The notes beneath the pieces are model-generated. The model made no database searches. It was not told the origin of the DNA and saw only the letters and a program-made list of their open reading frames with translations. Both the position numbers and the translations under genes were made by a program. Source: the human T2T-CHM13v2.0 reference genome, Homo sapiens. From it: DNA of 64,000 nucleotides. Positions 14,918-25,809 of the stretch are shown here, one piece after another; the first letter of the stretch is position 1, and each line of letters starts with the position of its first letter. The stretch is from NCBI RefSeq assembly GCF_009914755.1, contig NC_060941.1; one strand, written 5' to 3'.

Positions 14918-14922
14918 CAAAC
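14888..14922. repeat. (AAAAC)n microsatellite
   Basis: Direct observation. Confidence 0.9.
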
Positions 14923-16216
14923 CCCACATGAAATCAATGTCTAGCTCATTTTGTCAATGTGGTTTTTCCACAATTATTTTTGAAACACTTGAAGAGTGTA
15001 TAGGCAGAAGGGATGCGACCTACGGTATATGCCAAAGTTTGTCTAAAAATATTTTACACCTGTTCTCTGTACTGCACACTGGTCATATTTTATCAGTGAA
15101 GTAAGTACTCATAATGCCAGACGGAATGTGTTTTTCCTTCCAAGTCCTCTATGTTTTTCCCTTTGGTAAAGCGAACCTCCTCTTCTTTTCTACCTGCACT
15201 AAAATAAAGCTAGCACCATTATCCATGTGACGTATCCACCACCAAGCTACATTTTAACTACTATTCCTCAGGCAATATTGTTTAAATAAGAACAACTATG
15301 TCAATATTTTTCACAACAGCAAGGACATTTTAACTTAGCAAACACTTATGGCTGCTCCCAAAAGGAAATGTCAACTAGTATACTGAGTTTTAATCAACTT
15401 GCCAACTGTATGAAAAAGAATGCACTAGTTGCCTTCAGTGCTTCAAAACTAGAAATACAAACTCCGTGATACTTATTCTTATGAAAATAATTATACTTAT
15501 TTTATGAAACATGAGCTTTTAGAATATTACTGTAGAATTTCAATTTTCTGTTGACGCAAATAACTGACAGCAACATGTTCACATAAGGCAGTTATAATCT
15601 TCATTTACTTTCCTCATTTTAAAGGGCAGCGAACATGGCTAGAATTCTGGACTTTATGGCTTCTAAATACTGTGAGCCCCTATGGACACATGTTCTATTA
15701 GTTGACTGACAACTCTTAATAGCAAATGATTAGTTCTCATAGCTCCTCAGGGAAGCATATTGGTATCACTGTACTCATTTTGCAGATGAATAAACTGAGC
15801 CATCTGAATCAAATGACTTCATACAATTCAGCAAGGAATTTAGACCTGTAGTTTCAGTTAGCCACTAGACAACTAGACAGGGACTGCCTGTTGATTAAAT
15901 GTTTTCGTCTAAGGTTTGCCTAATTGTGAGATGATCTCAAAGTTCTCACTAACAGACTATATATACAAACCAAGTCCTCTAAGACATAAAATCTTAAAAC
16001 TTCAAATACTGAGAAATGGTTAATGTAGGTTTTACTATTAATACTTACGAGTCAAATTCCATTAATAAGACTTTCAGCCCAATCTAAACCACCTAAAGCT
16101 CAACTAAGGGGTCAGCAATATTTGCTTCAATCAAATGCCAACTAACCCAACAATGTAAACAGTATTTAGTATAACAGGATTTAATCCACATAGAAACTAC
16201 AGAAATTCTCCTGAGC

Positions 16217-16483
16217 CTTTTTTTTTTTTTTTTTGAGATGGAGTCTTGCTCTGTCGCCCAGGCTAGAGTGCAGTGCCTGGTTCACACCATTCTCCTGCCT
16301 CAGCCTCCGGAGTAGCTGGGACTACAGGCGCCCGCCACCACACCCGGCTAATTTTTTGTATTTTTAGTAGAGACGGGGTTTCACTGTATTAGCCAGGATG
16401 GTCTCGATCTCCTGACCTCGTGATCCGCCCACCTCGGCCTCCCAAAGTGCTGGGATTACAGGCGTGAGCCACCGCGCCCGGCC
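16217..16483 (-). mobile_element. AluY-like with internal deletion in right arm
   Basis: AluY-type ccaggatggtctcgatctcc; jump cagtg|cctggttcacacc. Confidence 0.92.
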
Positions 16484-16672
16484 TTGGCCTTTCTTTAGAG
16501 TGTTTATCAATAAGCACAGACAAGGAATGGTTGTGAAAATAGCAACAGGAGGTTAACGGTTACAACTTTACTTGTAACCGACCACTAAATGTAGTCAGGG
16601 AATCATCCAGTAGTTCTGAAAAGAGATGTAATTTATATGACTGAATTATGAAAACCAAAAAAACTAGAGCAT

Positions 16673-17006
<334 letters not shown>

Positions 17007-17249
17007 AGAGCAATGATATAACAATGATTTCTAAAAACATTTCCTTATTGCCTATGAGTTCAGTTTATGACCAATAGAAATATAAAGTCTCACTCAAAAT
17101 ATCATCATGGCATATTCTGAGCATGGTTAATAGCCTTCCACTAGACCCCTCTCATTAACACTTTTGTAAAGATTCTGCAAATTACGTAGCTAATACATCG
17201 AAAATGGTGTTATTACCCTGACTTCAAATCAGAATAGCAACTAATCTGA

Positions 17250-17450
17250 GGGAGCAAAGCATAGTGCTTAAGAGCGTGAACTCTGGAACCACTACCTGCA
17301 TTTGAATCGCTAGTCTGCCATGTATTGGCCATGCAATCTTGGGTCAGTGAAGCTTTCTGTGCCTCAGTCCCATCCCCCTCCCCCTGACCCAGTCTATAAA
17401 CTGGGTTAGAACTACACTTGACACATAGTAAGTGCTATATGTTTATTTCC
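17250..17450 (+). mobile_element. MIR
   Basis: agcatagtgcttaagagcgtgaactctgga...tttctgtgcctcagt. Confidence 0.7.
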
Positions 17451-18070
17451 TGATTTAAAAGATTTTTAAAAATGGCTCCAACTACATGTTTACATAAGCC
17501 ACTCAAAAATGGTTTCAAACTGGGCATGCAATTGGAAAATGTGCTAATTTTCCAATTGTATGCCCACAGATAATTGATCCTAAATCATTTAAACTACAAG
17601 ATATAATCTTCCTAATATACCACAAAAACTAAAGCACTCTGATCTCAAATGACCTCCTGGGCCAAACTGATTAAGCGTCAATTGATTGGTATACTAAACA
17701 ATGCAATGGGTTTTATTCAGCAGTGACCATTTTACATACTTGTCTTCTGTTTTTCTTGTATCTGTTTTTGCACTAGAGTTGTCACCCAGCATCTGACAAA
17801 AGCATGCATTTCCAGTCAAGCAAGGGTACGTATCTGATGTAGCATGCCTATGCCATTTTCTGTTTGTGTACCGAAAGGATATAAAGGAAGGTCTACCAAC
17901 CGGCATTTTACTTCATTAGCTTAAGTATGTCCAATGAGACATACTTTGTTTCTTTCTGTGTCACAGTGACTTATTTTAAAATAATCGAAGTCCTGAAGAT
18001 TTATTAAGTCTCTCAAATAAAATGCCAGACATGTATATGGGAACGAAATTTACACCCGATTGGAAAAACA

Positions 18071-18386
<316 letters not shown>

Positions 18387-18923
18387 TAAACTCAGAGTAC
18401 CTTTAGTTTCACCTTCAAAAGCTAAGTTAACTAATCACAGCATATATTGTTATCTTTAAGGAGGCATTTTGAAGAAGGCCTATATTTACATTTGCCATCT
18501 ATTATAGGCGAAAAGGACATTTCACAATGTACCTGATTTCAGAAACGACAAGGCAGGGCAGAAAACGAATATACTAAACTTAGAAAGCCATTTTTTGGTA
18601 TAATATTCCTTACTCATCCATGAGCTATGAAATCTGTAAGGCAACATTTTGGACACTCAGGGTATTCAGAGGCTGCTACAGTATCTGTAGTTATAGGAGT
18701 CAAAAAGATGGGAAAGGCCTGTGAAAATAACGAATTCATCAAATTGTCAACCGAAATGGTCTCCCCACAGAGAGTCAAAAGTGTGATGGCACCTTGGGGA
18801 GAAAATGACTTGGAACTAAGATGTAACCTTTTCTCAGATGTGCTAGGCAAAAGCACCTTTTAAAAAATTCCCATTCCTAATGAACAAAAAGGGCATGTAA
18901 ACAGGGCCTTTGTTCATTTTTTA

Positions 18924-19226
<303 letters not shown>

Positions 19227-19431
19227 GATGAAGTTCTCAAGGACACCAAGCTCAAGTTTTAATAAAACCAATCAAGATCACATTTTGAGTTAGTCATTCT
19301 CCGATGTCAAACATATGTACCAAGATGAAATTTCCCTAAGATTTTTGTCGATACATATATCCTTAAGATCTGAAACAGATATTCAGGCTTATGTTAACCT
19401 CAGTATTTAAAATCTGAATATATTAGTGCTT

Positions 19432-19716
19432 GGCTGGGTGTGGTGGCTCACGCCTGTAATCTCAGCATTTTGGGAGGCCAATGCGGGCGGATCACCTTAG
19501 TTCAGGAGTTTGAGACCAGCCCAGGCAACGTGGCGAAACCCTGCCTCTACAAAAAATACAAAAATTAGCAGGGAACGGTGGCACGCAGCTATAATCCCAG
19601 CTATTCAGGAGAGTGAGACAGGAGAATCGCTTTAGTGGAGGTTGCAGTAAGCCAAGATGGCCCCTTTGCACTCCAGCCTGGGTGACAGAGTGAGACCTTG
19701 TCTCAAAATAAAATGA
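19432..19716 (+). mobile_element. Alu
   Basis: TSD tgaatatattagtgct. Confidence 0.93.
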
Positions 19717-19754
19717 ATATATTAGTGCTCCAGACAGTTTCAAATTCTATTGTT

Positions 19755-20076
<322 letters not shown>

Positions 20077-20541
20077 TTATGATTTTCAGAAAAAGCACAT
20101 TACACTTGAGCCTTCATTTATAAGTAGAGTTTTCTCCCAAATGTAACTTTATCAGTCTGTAGCAGAAACTAGTGCTTAAAGCCATTATCCTGATGGTTCT
20201 TACAGCTATTCAAACTTCGTGATCACAAAAGCATGTAAGTGGTAAGTGTTGGCAGACCAGATCTCTGCTGCTTGCACCCATTATTCCAATACTTCTTCAT
20301 AGCCTCGTTCTGTTCCCTAAAGAACAAAAGCCTCACCATGGAGCTGACAAACAGCTTAGCTCTGTTATTTCCAGTGCTTGTTTCCTTAAAACTTTGTATT
20401 GCTCTACACTGCATGGGTAAATGACAAAAGGCTTTTGTAGACTGGTGTCCAAAAAGCTCATGAGACCAAATTTATTTCACTGGTAACCCAGGCAGTGCTG
20501 GTTTCTTACTATAAAAGTACATATAAAGTTTTTTAAGACAG

Positions 20542-20630
20542 CTTTCTCACCAATACTATGTCAACACTGTATCAAATGGACGTTAACTTTCTCACCAATA
20601 CTATGTCAATACTGTATCAATTGACATTTA
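20542..20630. repeat. 45-bp tandem duplication (2 copies)
   Basis: ctttctcaccaatactatgtcaa(c/t)actgtatcaa at 20542 and 20587. Confidence 0.92.
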
Positions 20631-21329
20631 GTGAAATGACTCATTTAGTGTTCTTCTCCCCAACTCTTCAGTTTTAAAAAACTCCATCCTCACCAAGCCA
20701 CTCCAATTTGATACATTGTCAATATCTCTAAATCCTTCAAACCAGCAGGTTGGGTACCCACTTGCAAAAAATTAAATACATAAGCGTTTTTGCTGGGAAA
20801 ATGAAAATGCTAACATCTAACCATCTGTCCAGCCGTGAATAGATTTTGACCATAAGTTCTCTAGCTATATGCAATAGCTAAACTTTAAAGATTAGTAAAG
20901 TGATGTAAATTTTTCTAAGTTCAGTCAGCCGTTTTGTCCAAGCAAGTTTCCTCAGCAAAAACAGAAAACTGATCCAATGCTCTCTCCATATAAATTTCAA
21001 ATAAATCATCTCAGATTACACGAAGGAATTTCATCTTATCACCTGACTCCTCCATGTCAGCATGACATTTTGAAACTTGCTGTATAGCTAACCTTACCAT
21101 ACCATCTCTATAATGGGGTAGACAAATGTGGACTGAAGAGGGCTGTTAAAAAATAAAGTTGTACCAAGCACTGGTCAGGCTATAGTTTTGATAGCATTTT
21201 TTATGTGGCAAACCACGATCTGGTACATCAGTAGAGCAACTGCTTTCCATTATTCCTTCGTGACTCAATGAGTCAGGCCTTTTTCCATCATTAGCATTTA
21301 CAACATAATAACTCCAGAGGTCGATCTTC

Positions 21330-21384
21330 AGAAAACACTTAAAAACAAAGACAATAGGCATTTTTAATTTTAAAGAATTTTAAT
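21330..21384 (-). terminator. TOB1: TOB1 distal poly(A) region
   Basis: Minus strand TGTA overlapping ATTAAA (21384-21379), second ATTAAA (21368-21363), then GU/U-rich ttgtctttgtttttaagtgtttt. Confidence 0.8.
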
Positions 21385-22117
21385 ACAAACTTAATATAAA
21401 CTATTTCAGTCCCTCTTAACATGTAAGACACTGACTCAAAATACTTTTATACCGTTTTTTTCAAGTATTGCACAATATAGGTACAAAATTAATATTTACG
21501 ATTACATTTTTCTTCCATAATATATAGCAAAAATCTTTAAACTTTTAACAGAAAATACATTTTTTTGAAAAAGCAAGTATTCGTACATTTTAATTCCACC
21601 ACTAAAGGAATATCCTGTACACAATTTTTAGAATAGTTGATGTCTTTAAGATGGATATTTTACAATTTCAGTAAAAAAAATACAACATGAAGCTGCTGCT
21701 GTCACAGATCACTGTAGTAAAAAGATATAAATGCAATACCATGTCGTAGAAACAATATATATATATCCTCTGATATTTTACAAACTTTGTACTAAATTAA
21801 ATTATACAATTAGAAAAGACCAATAAACCCACTTATTAGTGCCAATTTTTATAAAAAAAAATCAGCCATGTCCTTGCTATATCTTAAATACTGTAAGAGG
21901 CCATATCTGAGAGTATACTTTAAAATATACAGTCAGTATAAAATAACTTTGTGCTTGGTTGGCAAATGAAAAATGATGCATGTTTTATTATTATTTTTTT
22001 AACCAAGCTTGAATGTATCCTTACTATAAGCTTAAAAAAAAAAATTCTCAAGGAGGTGAAAAAAAAAATCCCCCTTGGGCCCGTGCATTTTAACTTGTAC
22101 GATACATTTTCTTTTTT
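21358..22117 (-). other. TOB1: TOB1 3' UTR (AU-rich, miRNA sites)
   Basis: Between stop codon and distal poly(A) signals; repeat-free; 3' end approximate. Confidence 0.85.
21984..21989 (-). terminator. Candidate proximal TOB1 poly(A) signal AATAAA
   Basis: TTTATT on plus, about 130 nt after the stop; U-rich sequence downstream on minus. Confidence 0.55.
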
Positions 22118-23155
22118 TTAGTTAGCCATAACAGGCTGGAATTGCTGGTTAGAATACTGCATGTTATTTAAGCTAAAATTCAAGCCATCTACAAAAGACT
22201 TCTCATTGAGGCCTCCATAGGCTGCAAACACATCAAAGGCATTACTGTACTGGAGAGGACTGAGGTTAAGGGGGCTGTCACCTGGGAACATTCCATTGGT
22301 ACTACTACCTTGACCCTGCATATTAGGAAAAATAAATTCCTTGGCATTAGGAGAAAGAGCAGAGGTTTTCTGCTGTTGTTGCTGCTGTGGTGGTGGTGGT
22401 GGCGGTGGCGGCTGGGCTGGCTGCTGCTGTTGCTGTGGCTGCTGCTGGCTACCCAAGCCAAGCCCATACAGAGAGTGCATTGAGGAAGAGATGGCTTTCT
22501 GCTTCAAGAGGTCATTCACATTCAAGCCGAGGTTGATGGGAGAAGTACGTGCAACCTTGTTGCTACGGCCACTATTCTTCATTTTGGTAGAGCCGAACTT
22601 GGTGGCAGCAAAAGTGGCAGTGGTAAAGGTTAAAGGCTGAGTGGACCGGGGCATGAAGGTAGGGCTTACAGCAGCAGAGTGACCAAAAGGAGGCGATGGA
22701 GAGCTGGACACTGATGAGGCTGGGTCACTTATGGGCATAAAAACCTGGGCCTCTGGGTTAAAGCTGTTTTTGATCTCCTTATCCAACTCACATCCATTTT
22801 CATTATTATCATCCACGTAAAGCACCTTCACTGGTCCCTTTTCACCAATTTGGTAAGAAACCTCAAATGGGTCGATCCAAACACTAAGATCCTGTGGCAG
22901 ATTGCCACGAACATCATCAATGTCCAAACCACTCTCTTTGGATGCTTGTTCAATCACTGGGTCCACTTTCTCCCCTATGTGTATACATCTAAACCCCGAT
23001 CCTTTGTATGGCTTTTCAGGATACCAGTGCCCTTCATATTTCTTCTTAAGAAGTCTTTCAAGTTCTTCACCAAAAATGTTGACACGTCTCCTGGGAAGCT
23101 TATTGTACAAATACGAAATAATAAAATTTAGTGCTACTTGGATTTCAAGCTGCAT
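22118..23155 (-). CDS. TOB1: Transducer of ERBB2 1 (BTG/Tob antiproliferative protein; CAF1/CNOT7 and PABPC1 adaptor), 345 aa, single coding exon
   Basis: BTG domain ([39 protein letters not shown]), PAM2 motifs [11 protein letters not shown] (131-141) and [13 protein letters not shown] (265-277), SP sites S152/S154/S164, Q/P-rich tract. Confidence 0.99.
   Translation of the reverse strand: MQLEIQVALNFIISYLYNKLPRRRVNIFGEELERLLKKKYEGHWYPEKPYKGSGFRCIHIGEKVDPVIEQASKESGLDIDDVRGNLPQDLSVWIDPFEVSYQIGEKGPVKVLYVDDNNENGCELDKEIKNSFNPEAQVFMPISDPASSVSSSPSPPFGHSAAVSPTFMPRSTQPLTFTTATFAATKFGSTKMKNSGRSNKVARTSPINLGLNVNDLLKQKAISSSMHSLYGLGLGSQQQPQQQQQPAQPPPPPPPPQQQQQQKTSALSPNAKEFIFPNMQGQGSSTNGMFPGDSPLNLSPLQYSNAFDVFAAYGGLNEKSFVDGLNFSLNNMQYSNQQFQPVMAN
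22368..22447 (-). repeat. Coding CAG/CCA/CCG triplet tract (poly-Q/poly-P) in TOB1
   Basis: [26 protein letters not shown]. Confidence 0.9.
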
Positions 23156-23307
23156 AGCTGCTACGCCACAAAATTAGGTTTCAACTCCCCCACCAAAAAA
23201 AAAAAAAAAAAAAAAAAAAAAAGATGTTCAGTTTGTGGCAGAGAAACAAATTTTCATTCAAAGTGCTGGTATTAGTAGATTATCCTTCACCTTGAGTGAT
23301 CTTGTTC
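23156..23307 (-). other. TOB1: TOB1 exon 2 5' UTR portion; splice acceptor AG at 23309-23308
   Basis: Minus: tgtttgcttttgttttaag|GAACAAG; contains U28 run (23195-23222). Confidence 0.8.
23228..23257 (-). other. Upstream ORF MKICFSATN* in TOB1 5' UTR
   Basis: ATG AAA ATT TGT TTC TCT GCC ACA AAC TGA; the only upstream ATG in the inferred spliced 5' UTR; translation not demonstrated. Confidence 0.65.
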
Positions 23308-25201
23308 CTTAAAACAAAAGCAAACATATCCAAATAAGATAAATGTAATATAAGTCCCATGACCTTCCCCCCTCCAAAGTAATTTCACCTTTCAAAATGT
23401 CTAAGATCCTGTGTTAGTCTGCTAAGGATAAAAAGAAAAAGAAAATGTCTACTAGGACAGAAAGCCTGAAAACTGTTACTAGCACAAAATAAACATAAAA
23501 TAGAAAATCGTTTATTAAAGTTTAAAATGACACAGGAAAATGTAGATTTACAAATGAAATAATGCTTTTAAAAACCTGTTTCTGAATAGAGTTCTAAGAA
23601 GAAAAATCTCTAGAACATGCATTCTTCTCTCCTCAGTTCTCACAAGAATATTTATTGTACTCAGCATCCTCCCCCCACCCCCATATATATAGATGCCACT
23701 TTTAGGTAGTAATTTTTATTGTTATTCACCAACTTAGAAGTGAATCCATGTTTTAGTTTACTTTGGATATATACTGTTTAAATCTGCTCTGTCACTGACA
23801 TTTAAAAATTTGGTTACGTTAGGAAGATCATTTTAATTTCCATAGTACATGATGCTAAAATTAAAGACACTGAGTACTAAATGAACTTCATCCTAGTAAA
23901 TAATTATGAACCAAATTATTCTATATAGTTTCGGCCTTAAGTATACTAAGAGCATACAATATAATAAAATCCAGCTTCTCTGGGCCTTTTGTTTTCAATG
24001 TGTATTTTTCTAAATCTGAAAATACCTATTCGGCAGCAAGTATAACAAAAGCAAAGACACAAATTAAAACTATTGATTATTCTGTTTAAGGCCAGGGTTT
24101 CTGAGTTTTAGTCTGATTTTAAAAAACCTCCGTCTGTCCCTCTCTCCCTCCCTCCCTCTCACGGTAACAGCCGGAGAGGCAAGTATGGTAAGGTCGACCT
24201 TTAAACGTTTGCTGGATCAGCACTGGGTGGGGATAAGAAAAGATCAAGGGCAAACAGAAGATATTTGCGAAAGGGATCTATTTGCACACTGAAGTTGATT
24301 TAAAAGTACGTTTAAAAATCAAGTTGGTCTTAATTCGTCTGTTCTATTTTCCATATTCGTGGTGACAAGGGGAAAAAGAATCTCTGGCTGCCCCCAAACT
24401 ACAAACACTTTCCAAGTCAAAAGCCTGAGTGCCGGCAGAGGCAGCTGATTAAGCCCAATTGCTTGAAGGTGCAGCCGAGCGAAATTCAGGCTCGGTGGAA
24501 GGTAGTTACAAAGCAACGCCTTAAGACAGGCAGGAGTGTGAAGAATTACATAAACAGCCAGTTAGATCTCATTAGATTTCTGCTCACAGCCCTCGGAGCC
24601 CAAGCGCTACAGCAGCAGCAACAGCAAGAGGAGGTGGAGGTGGAGGAGGAAGAGAGTACGAGCCTCCTCGGAGAAGGAGGAGGAAGGCCCGGGAAATGGA
24701 AGAGCAACCTCTCCCGGCTGGGCACCCAGCACCGAGCAGGTCGGGGCGCCGGGTCAGCCGCTCCCCTCCCCCGCCGTAACCCGACCCGCTGCTCCCCGCC
24801 CCGTGGCCCCCGCCCCGGGCTCCTGGGAGCCGGCCAGAGCCTGGGGGAGCACCGGTTCCTCGGCACCATTTTCAGCCTCGCGGCCACCGGCCCCTCGAAC
24901 CCCAGCGTTCCACCGCGAGCTCGTCGCTCCTCCGGGCACCCCAACCCCCCAATTCCCGTCAGCTCGCCCCGGGCCGCCCGTCCCCGGCCAACTGCCCAGG
25001 ACGAGCCCGACGCGCCGGCGGCCCCTCGGAGCCGCTCCCCTCGGGTCCTGGCGCTGCCCCCTCGGCGCCCAGGGCCGCGACCCCGCCGTCCCCGAGCTCC
25101 CGAGGGCCCAGGGCTCGACGCCGCTGCAGCCCCTCCTCCGCCGCCTGGGCCCGGGGCTCCCGTCTCCTCGCCGACCCCGCCCGGCGCCCCGAGATACTTA
25201 C

Positions 25202-25500
25202 GGGCTGCTTCGGGGCGGCTTGGACCACAGACCCGCGGCTGGGCGGGGAGCAGCGCGGCAGGGCGGGGGCGCGGGAGGGTCGGGAGCGGCGAGCTCGCCG
25301 AGTGCAAGACGTTGCCGCTGCGGGGCTGAGGACAGAGGACAGAGGCCTCGGGCAGGCCTTGGGAGATCGCCGTTAGTGGCTCGGGGTGGCGGGCACGGGG
25401 GTCAGACGAGCGCGCTCACTTCTCCACACAGCCCGGTGCCCGGCCCAGCGTCCCCGTAGTGCGCCCGCTACACGCCGGGCCAGAGCTTCGCTCCTTCTGC
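25202..25500 (-). other. TOB1: TOB1 non-coding exon 1
   Basis: Consensus donor cagccc|GTAAGT (GT at 25201-25200); TSS inferred about 30 nt downstream of the TATA-like box. Confidence 0.8.
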
Positions 25501-25523
25501 CGCGGCGCGCGCCCCGCCTCTCG

Positions 25524-25770
25524 TTTTATGGCCTCCTCCCCGCCCCCATCCCCTCCGTCGGGGTGCGCGCGCCCGCTCCGCGTCACACAGCTCCGGCGGC
25601 GCAGCCATTCCCCGCGCTCCCCGCCCGGCACCCCGGTCCCCCGCCGGCCGGCTCCGCCCCTGCCCTGCCCCCCGACGCCATTGGCCAAGTCCCGCCTGCC
25701 CCTGTCCGGACGCGCGGTGGACGCAGGGGTGGGGAAGCCGCACCCTCCGGGCTCCAGGAGGGCCAATGAA
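25524..25770 (-). promoter_or_regulatory. TOB1 core/proximal promoter
   Basis: CATAAAA 25530-25524 (minus), GC boxes, TGACG half-CRE near 25581-25585, CCAAT at 25684-25680 (minus) and 25763-25767 (plus). Confidence 0.75.
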
Positions 25771-25809
25771 CCGACGATCGGAGCACTGGGGACGGAATGA
25801 AGAGAACGT

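Noticed and set aside
21650-21785. Pumilio elements in the TOB1 3' UTR
   Set aside because: Only TGTAAAATA variants found, not the canonical UGUANAUA spacing
22189-22467. 92-aa His/Ser-rich alternative-frame ORF inside TOB1
   Set aside because: Out-of-frame reading of the Q/P triplet tract, about 690 nt downstream of the main start with intervening ATGs; no route to translation evident
22341-23177. Plus-strand ORFs antisense to the TOB1 CDS
   Set aside because: Shadow ORFs of the coding strand
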